64,000 nucleotides of DNA, from the NCBI GenBank assembly GCA_965209055.1, contig OZ242374.1:4352001-4416000 (forward strand), given 5' to 3'. Shown piece after piece: positions 48,209 through 57,510 of this stretch (within the stretch, counting starts at the first letter, position 1; each line of letters starts with the position of its first letter). Source of the stretch: Acidobacteriota bacterium. Its GTDB lineage: Bacteria; Acidobacteriota; UBA6911; RPQK01; JAJDTT01. The position numbers and the translations under genes are program-made. Below the pieces are notes generated by a model that was given only the letters and a program-made list of their open reading frames with translations, had not been told where the DNA came from and did no database searches.

Positions 48209-49547
48209 GCATTTGTTCCCCGGCATGGCTCCAGTTGAGGAAGAGGGAGGACCGAAGGCGCCCCTCGCGGATCGAATGCGCCCCCTTACCCTGGAACAGG
48301 TCGTCGGGCAGGAGCACCTTCTGGGTCCTGGGAAAATCCTGCGGGAAATCGCGGACTCGGGCGAGATCCCGTCCCTGCTGCTCTGGGGCCCCCCGGGCGT
48401 GGGCAAGACGACCTTGGCGCACCTGATGGCTGACCAGGGAAACTGCCACTTCATCTCCATCAGCGCGGTCCTGGCGGGTGTCAAGGAGGTCAAGCGGATC
48501 GTGCAGGAAGCGCGCACCGAGTGGCGCCTCCGGCAACACCGTACCGTGTTGTTCGTGGACGAGATTCATCGCTTCAACAAGGCTCAGCAAGATGCATTCC
48601 TTCCCCACGTCGAAAACGGGACCCTGATTCTGGTGGGCGCGACCACCGAGAATCCTTCCTTCGAGGTCATCCCTCCCCTGCTCTCCCGCAGCCGGGTTCT
48701 GGTTCTCGAGGCTCTGGAAGAATCGCACTTGCTCACGTTGCTCCGGCGAGCGCTCAAGGAGGACCGTGGATTGGGCCCCTGGAAGATCGAGGTGGAGCCG
48801 GGTTGCCTGCGGGCGATCGCCCGCTTTGCCGATGGGGATGCTCGCGTGGCCCTCAACTCGCTGGAATTGGCGGCGCAACTGGTTCGGCGGTCCAGATCGG
48901 GAGATCCGAGTATCACACGGGAAATCGTAGGAGAGGCGTTGCAGAAACGGACTCTCCGTTACGACAAGTCAGGCGAGGAGCACTTCAATCTGATTTCGGC
49001 TCTTCACAAGTCCCTGCGCAACAGCGATCCTGACGCATCCCTGTACTGGATGGGAAGGATGTTGGAAGCGGGGGAAGACCCTCTCTATATCGCCCGGCGG
49101 ATGGTCCGTTTTGCCTCCGAGGACATCGGTCTGGCCGATCCGGACGCGCTCGGACGCGCCATCGACGCCATGCAGGCCGTTCATTTCATCGGCCTTCCCG
49201 AAGGCAAGCTCGCCTTGGCGCAGTTGGCCGTCTATCTGGCCCAGGCGCCCAAGTCGAACCGGATCTACGAGGCCTACTCGCGGGTCGAGAAGGACGTCTC
49301 CAGAACTCGCAACCAGCCCGTTCCCCTGCACCTGAGGAACGCCCCCACCAACCTGATGAAGGAGCTCGGCTACGGCCGGAACTATCGCTACGCCCACAAC
49401 GAACCGGACCGAGTGGCCGATATGGCCTGTCTGCCTCCCAACCTGGCGAGTCGGCGCTACTACGAACCGGGCGGCGAAGGTTTCGAGCGCGACGTACGGA
49501 CACGGCTGGAAATCGTCGAATCGCTGAAAAAACGCCGCCACAAGTAG
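48201..49547 (+). CDS. rarA: Replication-associated recombination protein A
   Basis: PLADRMRP, WGPPGVGKTT, DEIHRFNKAQQD, GATTENPSFEV, ISALHKS, ASEDIG. Confidence 0.95.
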   Translation: MNEHLFPGMAPVEEEGGPKAPLADRMRPLTLEQVVGQEHLLGPGKILREIADSGEIPSLLLWGPPGVGKTTLAHLMADQGNCHFISISAVLAGVKEVKRIVQEARTEWRLRQHRTVLFVDEIHRFNKAQQDAFLPHVENGTLILVGATTENPSFEVIPPLLSRSRVLVLEALEESHLLTLLRRALKEDRGLGPWKIEVEPGCLRAIARFADGDARVALNSLELAAQLVRRSRSGDPSITREIVGEALQKRTLRYDKSGEEHFNLISALHKSLRNSDPDASLYWMGRMLEAGEDPLYIARRMVRFASEDIGLADPDALGRAIDAMQAVHFIGLPEGKLALAQLAVYLAQAPKSNRIYEAYSRVEKDVSRTRNQPVPLHLRNAPTNLMKELGYGRNYRYAHNEPDRVADMACLPPNLASRRYYEPGGEGFERDVRTRLEIVESLKKRRHK

Positions 49548-49619
49548 CGAAGATACCGCGGGGTTGCCGATCTCCCGTGTTCCGGCTCCCATCGGACGCC
49601 GGAGCACCTCCGGATCGAA

Positions 49620-51173
49620 TCACTGCGGCGGAGAAGGCGGTTTCCCGGTCCTGGGGGCGTCGACCAACACCTGGAGAAATTCCTCCTGGAGAGCTTGCAG
49701 GCCGGACTCGTCTCCCTTGAGGGCATTGACCAGCATGGCAAAGGCCAGGGTTTCCCCATGCACGGTCTCGACGAATCCGGACAGTGCCCGGACTCCCTCC
49801 ATGGATCCGGTCTTGGCCTGGACCCGGCCCTTCAAACCGGGTGCCGTCAACCGCCGGCGAAGAGTGCCGTCGGTTCCCGCCGCCGGCAACCATTGCCGAA
49901 AGGCGGTCCCGTAGGATTGACGGTGCGCGTACTCCAGGAGCCGGATCACGGCGCCCGCCGAGATCAGATTGTGCCGGGAGAGGCCGGAACCGTCCGCCAG
50001 ACGGAAACTGTCCGGCTCAAGGCCGGCTCGATGAACGAGTATCGACTCCATCCTCATGAGACCCGCCTCGCCGCGCTTCCCACTCGGGGCCGGGTCCAGC
50101 ATTCTCATGAGTGTCTCTCCGTAGAGGTTCTGGCTGATTTTCAGGAAGACCCGAAGCACCTGGGAGAGGGGAGGAGAGTCGTGGGAGAAGAGATCCGTCC
50201 TGGATGCACCGGGGTGTCCATGGCCGTTCTCGCCCTCCCGGCGCCCCATCAGTTCCAGGTGACCGGATCTCAGGACCTCGGCAAAAGTGCTGGTGAAATA
50301 GCGGACCGGATTCCGGACCGCGACGCGGAGCCAGATCGGAATCTGAGAGGGTTCCACGGCACCGGCCAATTCGACCTCATCTTCCCGGCGTCGCCACTTC
50401 AGTTCCAAATCTTCGCGCGGTCCGGTCCGGATCCGGTTTCGCCAACGGATCAGCGGCGTCGGCGGGCGCCAAAGCAGGTGGGCCGGAGATCCGGCGCCGG
50501 TCGGGGAGACGCGGACCAGGGCCACACCCTCGTTGAACTGCAGACCGCTGGGAACGGCGCCGTAGCCGTAAACCAGATCGTCCCATGACCACCCCCGCCC
50601 GGGGGCTTCCGCCTCCAGCAGGCTGTCGTCCGGCAGCAGCCGTCCCCGAATTCGCTGAATCCCCAATTCCCGCAGATTCTCTCCCCACTTCCGGAACACG
50701 GCGAGAGGATCCCCCTCCTCCATCTTCTCCGGATCGGGACTGAAGAAGCGCGCACCAAGGGTCGGGTCTGCCCCTCCCTGGATGATGAGGTTGCCCTCCA
50801 GGGTCCCGTCCTCGATTCGGCCATCGGTCCAGATCCGCGTCGTGAACCGGAAGTCCGGCCCCAGGTCTTCGACGGCGGCGACGGCGGTCAGCAGCTTCAG
50901 ATTCGAAGCGGGTATCAAACGCTTCTGGGGATTCTCGGAGAACAGGATCTTCCCGGTGTCCATGGACCGGACCTGGACTCCCCAGGAGGACCGAACCAGA
51001 ACCGGAGCCGACAGAACCTGTCCAAGCCGAACCGCCAGGCTGGGCTCTTCCGATCCGCCGGTTGCCGTCGTACCGGTCTGCGAGCTCGAAATTGCGCCAT
51101 GGGTGTGCGGACAGATGAGGAAAAGCAATCCGAAGAGCGCGCGCGCCATGGCCGGAATGTGATTCGTGGGCAC
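49620..51173 (-). CDS. dacB: D-Ala-D-Ala carboxypeptidase/endopeptidase PBP4
   Basis: PASNLK (SxxK), SQN, DGSGLSRHN, AKTGS. Confidence 0.92.
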   Translation of the reverse strand: MPTNHIPAMARALFGLLFLICPHTHGAISSSQTGTTATGGSEEPSLAVRLGQVLSAPVLVRSSWGVQVRSMDTGKILFSENPQKRLIPASNLKLLTAVAAVEDLGPDFRFTTRIWTDGRIEDGTLEGNLIIQGGADPTLGARFFSPDPEKMEEGDPLAVFRKWGENLRELGIQRIRGRLLPDDSLLEAEAPGRGWSWDDLVYGYGAVPSGLQFNEGVALVRVSPTGAGSPAHLLWRPPTPLIRWRNRIRTGPREDLELKWRRREDEVELAGAVEPSQIPIWLRVAVRNPVRYFTSTFAEVLRSGHLELMGRREGENGHGHPGASRTDLFSHDSPPLSQVLRVFLKISQNLYGETLMRMLDPAPSGKRGEAGLMRMESILVHRAGLEPDSFRLADGSGLSRHNLISAGAVIRLLEYAHRQSYGTAFRQWLPAAGTDGTLRRRLTAPGLKGRVQAKTGSMEGVRALSGFVETVHGETLAFAMLVNALKGDESGLQALQEEFLQVLVDAPRTGKPPSPPQ

Positions 51174-51316
51174 GGGGCAGAGAGTACGTCCGCCATAGTC
51201 TTTATGGCAACCCGGGCAGTCTGGCCGCCAATGGTCCCTGTGCCGCTTTTATTTTTTGTTGCCGGCCCATCGCGAAAAAACCTTCGGAATTGTACGCTTT
51301 TGGACTAAAGGGGCTC

Positions 51317-52786
51317 CTACCACCGGAACGCGCCCTGTCCCTTCCTGACCTTCGACGTGATCCGCGTTGGCGTCTCGAACGTCTTGCCCTTGACCATCTC
51401 CCGCGTGGTGAGAATCTGGACGTGCGGGTATTGGTGCTCTCCGACTTGGACCATCCCGGCCATTGCCGCCTCGCGCAGCATGGCCTTGGACGGCTCCCGG
51501 TTGCAGATGTATCCCGCCATCAGTGCCTCGTCCCGCTCCACGACGCCGCGCAGCTCCCGAATGTCCATGGGCTTGATATGACCGCCCTTCACGGACAGCA
51601 CCATGGACTCCAAGCCGTCCGGCGCGTCGAAGTAGATGCGGCCGTCGATGCCCTTGTCCGCCACCTGCTTCTGATTCGGGAACCCTCCCACTCGCTCCAC
51701 GGCCCAGTGCTCGAACTGGAACGGGTCGCGCTTGAACAAGTCCACGGCCTGGTCATAGCTGGCCGGAATTCCGGTGACCTGGTAGTGGCGATCATCCCGC
51801 AACCCATAGCGAGCGTCCAAAGTGTCGGCCACCAGACGGACCGCCAGAATGGCAATGTCGCAGCCGATCCAGGACCGGCCCAGCTCGTGGGCCGAATAGA
51901 TGGTCGTTCCGCATCCGCAAAAGGGGTCGAATACCACGTCCTCCGAATTGGAACTCGCCTTGATGATCCGCTTGAGAAGTCGGCTAGGCTTCTGGGTCGG
52001 ATAGCCCAGGCGCTCTTTCGCGGCTGAATTCAGGATCGGAATATCCCAGACTGAATCGAGGGGCTTGCCCTTGGCAATCACGTCATCGACCATCCGCTTG
52101 TAGCGGACTCCTTTTGCTCCACCATCCGTCCAAATGAACTCTCTCCCGTCCTCGTCCGTTTTGACATCGTGGCGACGTGCCAGAAATTCCTCCTTCTTCC
52201 ACGTCTGAGTTATCGGATTGAGAACGGTTTTCGGGCTTTTCGAGTAGAACAGGATCACGTCATGCTTCCGACTGAATCGGCGCCTAGAAATGGCCGTCCG
52301 TTGCCCGTAGTGCCAGATGATCTCGTTTCGGAAATTCCGGTGGCCGAATACGCCGTCCATCATCACTTTGATGTAGTGGCTCACCGTGGGATCGCAATGC
52401 AGAAAAATCGAACCGGTGGATTTGAGAAGCACCTTCATTTGAAGCAGCCGCTCCACCATGTAAATCAGGTAGGCCAGCAGGTGGGGCTGCGTGTACCGAA
52501 GAGCTTGCATCCAGAGCCGCCAGAACTCGACGTAGTAGTCATCTACGCCGTGTTCCCGCATCAGGACGGGCATCTGGCGGGCCGCTTGCTCCTTCTCCGG
52601 GTCCATCTCCCAGGTGTCGCAGAACGCCTCGACGGACTCCGGGACGGGCTTTCCCGTCATGGTCCGATACATGAGGTTGTAGTTCCGCTTCGAGTTGAAG
52701 GGCGGATCCAAATAGATGAGATCGACAGACCGGAGCGGCATCTCACGCATGATCGTGAGATTGTCGCCGTAGTAGAGGCGGTTCAT
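51317..52786 (-). CDS. Beta-class N6A/N4C DNA methyltransferase fused to a C-terminal Mrr-like restriction-endonuclease-fold domain
   Basis: DLIYLDPPF (motif IV) precedes YPTQKP and FDPFCGCGTT (motif I); C-terminal FEHW..DKGIDG..SVKGG; ATG 52786 overlaps the transposase TGA. Confidence 0.92.
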   Translation of the reverse strand: MNRLYYGDNLTIMREMPLRSVDLIYLDPPFNSKRNYNLMYRTMTGKPVPESVEAFCDTWEMDPEKEQAARQMPVLMREHGVDDYYVEFWRLWMQALRYTQPHLLAYLIYMVERLLQMKVLLKSTGSIFLHCDPTVSHYIKVMMDGVFGHRNFRNEIIWHYGQRTAISRRRFSRKHDVILFYSKSPKTVLNPITQTWKKEEFLARRHDVKTDEDGREFIWTDGGAKGVRYKRMVDDVIAKGKPLDSVWDIPILNSAAKERLGYPTQKPSRLLKRIIKASSNSEDVVFDPFCGCGTTIYSAHELGRSWIGCDIAILAVRLVADTLDARYGLRDDRHYQVTGIPASYDQAVDLFKRDPFQFEHWAVERVGGFPNQKQVADKGIDGRIYFDAPDGLESMVLSVKGGHIKPMDIRELRGVVERDEALMAGYICNREPSKAMLREAAMAGMVQVGEHQYPHVQILTTREMVKGKTFETPTRITSKVRKGQGAFRW

Positions 52787-53667
52787 GCGCCCACGAGCAC
52801 CTTGCAGGCGTAGCCGAAGGCGTGATCCATCTTGCGGACGTTGTACTTGAAGCAGGACTCCGCCAGATAGAGCGGCATGTACTTGTTCGAGTAGTGGTGA
52901 TGTGTCCCGTACCACGCTCTCTTGACCAGGGACCAGAACCCTTCAATCGTGTTCGTATGCGTGAGCCCGTCCACGAACTGGCGAGAGTGATTGATGACGG
53001 CGGACCGGACCGTTTCCCGGACCGCCTTGTATCCCTTGAACTCGTCCGTGATGAGCAGCGAGGCGTCATGGTCCAAGTAGGCCCCGACGAACTTGGAGAT
53101 CGCGTTGGACGTGAGGCGGTCCGTGGGCTTGGCAATGACCTTGCCGCCGCGCTCCACCATCCCGATCACGGCGGTTTTCTGTGTACCGCGGCCACGCTTG
53201 GCCTTGCGGATCGGCTTCCGGTTGTTGCCGGGCCGGGGCTTTCCTCCGACATAGGTTTCGTCGGCTTCGACGATCCCATAGAGCAGCGAGCGTTCCAGTT
53301 CGCTGTCCATGGCAACGCGAATTCGGTGCATCATGCTCCAGACCGTGGGTCGGCGGATGCCCAGGTCGCGGGAAATCTGGCACGCGCTGGCGGACTTCTT
53401 CGCGTTGAGCATCAGGCCCAGGACGAGGAACCAGTCTCGGAGCGGCTTGTGAGTGCCGTGGAAGATTGTTCCCACGGTGACGGAGAAGGTGCTTTTGCAA
53501 TCGCGGCACTGCCAGCGGCGCATGGCGCGGTCAGAACTGGCGTGTGTCCCGCAGGCCACGCTGTCGCAGTAGGGGCAGGTCGGCTGGCCGTTCCACCGGA
53601 CTTTCTCCAGGTATTCGACCGCTTGTTCCTGCGTCTTGAAGGAGTAGAATAGCGTGATGATGTTCAT
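52783..53667 (-). CDS. IS1595-family DDE transposase
   Basis: Zn ribbon CPYC...CRDC, FSVTVGTIF, VEADETYVGG, LITDE, HTNTIEGFWSLVKR; GGAGG RBS before ATG 53667. Confidence 0.96.
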   Translation of the reverse strand: MNIITLFYSFKTQEQAVEYLEKVRWNGQPTCPYCDSVACGTHASSDRAMRRWQCRDCKSTFSVTVGTIFHGTHKPLRDWFLVLGLMLNAKKSASACQISRDLGIRRPTVWSMMHRIRVAMDSELERSLLYGIVEADETYVGGKPRPGNNRKPIRKAKRGRGTQKTAVIGMVERGGKVIAKPTDRLTSNAISKFVGAYLDHDASLLITDEFKGYKAVRETVRSAVINHSRQFVDGLTHTNTIEGFWSLVKRAWYGTHHHYSNKYMPLYLAESCFKYNVRKMDHAFGYACKVLVGA

Positions 53668-53684
53668 TGACAACCTCCATGCAC

Positions 53685-53713
53685 ATACTACCTGAGTGCC
53701 TGGAAGGTGTCAA
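53685..53713 (-). promoter_or_regulatory. Sigma70-type promoter for the transposase-methyltransferase operon
   Basis: Minus strand TTGACA (53713-53708), 17 bp, TAGTAT (53690-53685); the -35 box abuts the inner end of the TIR. Confidence 0.8.
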
Positions 53714-53805
53714 GTCCAAAAGCGTACAATTCCGAAAACCTTATCCTCGGAAGCTTCCGGGTCTATTATCGATATCTCCGGGCCCAGACCTGACGGAATG
53801 AATCG

Positions 53806-55263
53806 ATGCGATATTTGCTGGTGGACGAGACCTCCGAAACGCGATTGGAATTCATCCCGTCCCCGGAGGCCGCGCCGCAATCCTTTTCCGGACGCCGGAT
53901 TGCCCGGTGGGCCGCGCGTTACGCCGCCCTCCTCCACCGGCGGGGGATTCGGGCCGGCGACCGGGTCGCCCTGCATCTGCCGAACTCACCCGAACTGGTC
54001 GTGGCGCTCCTGGGCAACCACCTGTTGGGCGTGGTGACGGTTCCCGTCATCTCCGCTGCGACGATGACGGAATTGGAGTACGTGGCCGGCCGGGCCGAGA
54101 TTTCGGGCCTCGTCGGTTCCGATCCGTTTCCGGGACGAGTGGGAATGCAACTCTTGAAGGAAGAGTTCTGGGAGGCGGTGCAGGAACAACAGGGCGGCTT
54201 TCCGGAATCGGACGACCCGGAGGCGCCGGCCCTCCTCTGCTTCACTTCCGGGACCACCGCGCAGCCCAAGGGGGTCCTCCTGACTCACCGGAACATCAGG
54301 AGCAACCTCCGGGACCTGATCCAGGTCTGGCAATGGACTCGGGAGGACCGGCTCCTGTTGACGCTCCCCCTGTTCCATGTGCACGGACTGGTCGTGGCGC
54401 TTCACGGATGGGCCATGACGGGGTGCCGGGCGATCCTTACCCGGAAGTTCGATCCCACTCATGTCCTGGACCTTTTGACCCACGGGGGCTGCACGCTGTT
54501 CATGGGCGTGCCCACCATGTACCACCGGATGGTCTCCGCCTTCGACCGGCGGGTCCACAGCTTTGACACGCTGCGCCTGGCCATCAGCGGGTCTGCCCCC
54601 ATGTCGGTGGAACTCCACCGCAAGTGCCACGAAATGACGGGTCAAACGATCCTGGAACGGTACGGGATGACGGAGACCATCATGAACACGTCCAATCCCT
54701 TCCATGGCCGCCTCCCCGGATCGGTCGGCCTTCCCCTGCCCTCGGTCCAGCTCCGCCTCATCGACGACCGGATGAGGGATATCCGGGAAGAAAGGCAGAT
54801 CGGGGAGGTCTGCGTGCGCGGCCCCAACGTCTTCGGCGGTTACTGGAAGGATCCGGAGGCGACGTCCAAGGCCTTCCTGGGGGATTGGCTGCGCACGGGC
54901 GACGCGGGGTACCGGGACGAGAACGGCTACTACCACCTGGCGGGCCGCCTGAGCGTGGACCTGATCAAATCGGGCGGCTACCGCATCGGCTCCCGGGAGG
55001 TGGAGGACGTCCTGGAGCGTCACCCGGGAGTCCGGGAAGTGGCGGTGGTCGGACTTCCCGACCCGGACCTGGGAGAGAAGGTGGCGGCGTTCGTGGTGAC
55101 GGACGGGACAGCCGGCGAGGAGGACCTGGCGGCTCATTGCCGGTCCGCGCTGGCTCTCTTCAAGTGTCCCCGGGTGTTTCTCGTCGTCGATTCCCTGCCT
55201 CGAAACGCCATGGGCAAGGTCACCAAGTCGGTCCTCAAAACCACCCGCCTGGATGGCTCCTGA
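53806..55263 (+). CDS. Acyl-CoA synthetase (malonyl-CoA synthetase MatB-like)
   Basis: FTSGTTAQPKG, LPLFHVHGL, ERYGMTE, RTGD, PRNAMGKV. Confidence 0.88.
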   Translation: MRYLLVDETSETRLEFIPSPEAAPQSFSGRRIARWAARYAALLHRRGIRAGDRVALHLPNSPELVVALLGNHLLGVVTVPVISAATMTELEYVAGRAEISGLVGSDPFPGRVGMQLLKEEFWEAVQEQQGGFPESDDPEAPALLCFTSGTTAQPKGVLLTHRNIRSNLRDLIQVWQWTREDRLLLTLPLFHVHGLVVALHGWAMTGCRAILTRKFDPTHVLDLLTHGGCTLFMGVPTMYHRMVSAFDRRVHSFDTLRLAISGSAPMSVELHRKCHEMTGQTILERYGMTETIMNTSNPFHGRLPGSVGLPLPSVQLRLIDDRMRDIREERQIGEVCVRGPNVFGGYWKDPEATSKAFLGDWLRTGDAGYRDENGYYHLAGRLSVDLIKSGGYRIGSREVEDVLERHPGVREVAVVGLPDPDLGEKVAAFVVTDGTAGEEDLAAHCRSALALFKCPRVFLVVDSLPRNAMGKVTKSVLKTTRLDGS

Positions 55264-55361
55264 GACCGAGTTCCCCCATCGATCCCCTTCCCTCTCCTCT
55301 CTTCACCCGCATCGTAGTAGACTGACCAACGCCGTCCATGACACCCATGAAGGAATTCACC

Positions 55362-56003
55362 ATGTTCAAACGTATCTCCATCTTCGCCCCTCTCCTTTTG
55401 TGCGCCTGGCCGGCCGCCAGCGCCTTGCAATTGGGAAGCAAGCCGGCCAAGAAATGGATCGAGTCGATGGAACGGCCCGAACGCCTCGCCAAGCTCAAGA
55501 CCGACGAGGTCATGGCCCGGCTGGATCTGAAACCGGGTGACCTGGTGGCGGACGTCGGCGCCGGCAGCGGCGTCTTCAGTTGGCCTCTGGCGCAGGCCGT
55601 GGCCCCCGGAGGCACCGTGTATGCCGTCGAGGTGGACCAGGGTTTCCTCGATTTCATCCGGGAGGGAGCGCAGCAGAGAGGCGCGGATAATGTCGTCCCG
55701 GTGTTAGGAGCGTTCACCGATCCCAAGCTGCCGGTCCGGAACCTGGACATGGCGTTCTTTCACAACGTCCTGCACCACATCGAGGGACGCCCGGCCTACC
55801 TTGACACGCTCTCGGGGTACCTGAAGCCCAATGCCCGAATCGTCATCATCGACCTGGTCGTGGGACACAAGGAGCCCGAAATGCAGATGAGCCTGGATCA
55901 GGTCAAGGAATGGATGGCCGGCATCGGGTTCGAGATGACCGCGGAATACTCACTCTTCGAAGACCGGTTCTTCGCCGTCTTTTCCCGGGTGGCGGCTCCG
56001 TGA
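55362..56003 (+). CDS. Class I SAM-dependent methyltransferase with a predicted signal peptide
   Basis: VADVGAGSG motif I, VYAVEV, VLHHI; hydrophobic N-terminus ending ASA. Confidence 0.85.
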   Translation: MFKRISIFAPLLLCAWPAASALQLGSKPAKKWIESMERPERLAKLKTDEVMARLDLKPGDLVADVGAGSGVFSWPLAQAVAPGGTVYAVEVDQGFLDFIREGAQQRGADNVVPVLGAFTDPKLPVRNLDMAFFHNVLHHIEGRPAYLDTLSGYLKPNARIVIIDLVVGHKEPEMQMSLDQVKEWMAGIGFEMTAEYSLFEDRFFAVFSRVAAP

Positions 56004-56581
56004 CGGGACGTCCGGGCGGGATCCGGGCTTCGATGAGGTCGATCCTGATCGGCCTGTTTTTCGTTGTCTTCGCCGGGTTCAGCGTCAGTGTCAAACTCGA
56101 TCTGCGGCGCCCAACCGAGACCACCAAGGTCAGAACCGGAGATGCGGCGCCCGATTTTTCCCTGGGCACCCTCCAGGGAAACCCCATCGAGCTGCACCGC
56201 ACCGCGAAGGAAAACAAGTTGGTCCTGGTCAACTTCTGGGCCACATGGTGCGGTCCCTGCCGCCTGGAAATGCCCGTCTTTGAAAAGATTTACCTCGAAA
56301 AAAGGAAGGAAGGATTCGAAATACTCGCCATCAGCGTCAAAGAGGAATCGAAGGTCGTAAAGGAATATCTCGACAAGAAGCCCGTGTCTTTTCCCGTCCT
56401 TCTCGATCCCGAGGGGACGGTGGCCGAGCAGTATGGCATTCGCGCCTTTCCCACGACCTTCCAGGTGAGTTCCGACGGCAAGGTCGAGCGAGTCATCGAG
56501 GGCCTGGACAGGTTCCTGAAGTACCAGATCGAGGCTCGTCTTGAGACGGCATCCTCTCCGGAGGAAGCTGCAGAACCGTGA
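56000..56581 (+). CDS. TlpA/ResA-like thioredoxin
   Basis: VNFWATWCGPC, AFPTT; N-terminal TM. Confidence 0.9.
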   Translation: MTGRPGGIRASMRSILIGLFFVVFAGFSVSVKLDLRRPTETTKVRTGDAAPDFSLGTLQGNPIELHRTAKENKLVLVNFWATWCGPCRLEMPVFEKIYLEKRKEGFEILAISVKEESKVVKEYLDKKPVSFPVLLDPEGTVAEQYGIRAFPTTFQVSSDGKVERVIEGLDRFLKYQIEARLETASSPEEAAEP

Positions 56582-57510
56582 ACGACCCGGTCGTCGAGAT
56601 CCGCGGAGTGTCGAAAACCTTCCGTTCCGGGCTGCGGCGGCTGCCGGTCCATGCCCTCAGGGGCGTGGACGTGACCGTGGCGCGGGGCACGGTCACCGCC
56701 TTCGTCGGTCCCAACGGAGCCGGCAAGACCACCACCATCAATACCGTCCTGGGGTTCCTCAAACCGGACCAGGGCAGCGTCTCGGTCTTCGGCCTCGAGG
56801 CCGGGTCCAGGGAGGCTCGGCGGAGAATCGGATTCCAGTCGGAGATCTTTCACCCCTATCCGTTCCACACCGCCAGGGGCGCCATGGAGTTTTACGGCCG
56901 ACTCTCGGGTCAGCCTGGCGAGAACCTTGCCGAAGCTGTCGTATACCAACTCGAACGATTGGGCCTGGGCGACTCCATGGACCGGAAAGTCGGGAGCTTC
57001 TCCAAGGGGATGATCCAGCGGCTGGGACTGGCGCAGGCCTTGCTCCACCGGCCCGAACTGCTCCTGTTGGACGAGCCGACCACGGGACTGGATCCGCAGG
57101 GACGCAAGCTGGTGGCCGACATCATCCAGGAGGAACAGGCGAACGGCACAACCGTCTTTCTCAGCAGCCACATACTTTCGGATATCGAGCGGACCTGTGA
57201 CCGGTTGATCATGATTCGAAATGGCGAGGTCGTGCTCAAGCAGGAGATCGGAGCCCGCTTGCACCAGGACGGGTGGGAAATCGAGGTACTGGGTTGGGGC
57301 GCCGGAGCGGATGCCGATCTGGCAAGGGCGGGTTTCCGTCCCGTCCGAGTGGAAGGCGGGGCAGCCTTTTTCGAATGCTCAAGGGGCGAGAAGAATGACC
57401 TGCTCCGTCGAGTCTTGGACCTGTCTCTCGACGTGGGTGTCATCCGGCGCGCCGCCCCTTCGCTGGAGGAAATCTATATGGAACACGTCAAGGGACGGCG
57501 CGGTGCCTGA
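56578..57510 (+). CDS. ABC transporter ATP-binding protein
   Basis: GPNGAGKTT, FSKGM, LLDEPT, SSH. Confidence 0.94.
   Translation: MNDPVVEIRGVSKTFRSGLRRLPVHALRGVDVTVARGTVTAFVGPNGAGKTTTINTVLGFLKPDQGSVSVFGLEAGSREARRRIGFQSEIFHPYPFHTARGAMEFYGRLSGQPGENLAEAVVYQLERLGLGDSMDRKVGSFSKGMIQRLGLAQALLHRPELLLLDEPTTGLDPQGRKLVADIIQEEQANGTTVFLSSHILSDIERTCDRLIMIRNGEVVLKQEIGARLHQDGWEIEVLGWGAGADADLARAGFRPVRVEGGAAFFECSRGEKNDLLRRVLDLSLDVGVIRRAAPSLEEIYMEHVKGRRGA

Larger units (their letters stand above)
51285..53734 (-). mobile_element. IS1595-family insertion sequence with a passenger gene (2450 bp)
   Basis: Perfect 22-bp TIRs CGGAATTGTACGCTTTTGGACT (51285-51306; inverted at 53713-53734); 8-bp direct repeat AAAACCTT at 51277-51284 and 53735-53742. 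Confidence 0.96.

Noticed and set aside
52787-52915. N-terminal extension of the MTase ORF (532 aa) or a transposase-MTase frameshift fusion
   Set aside because: The family-like sequence begins at MNRLYYGDNL, whose ATG overlaps the transposase stop; no slippery sequence was seen, so translational coupling is simpler.
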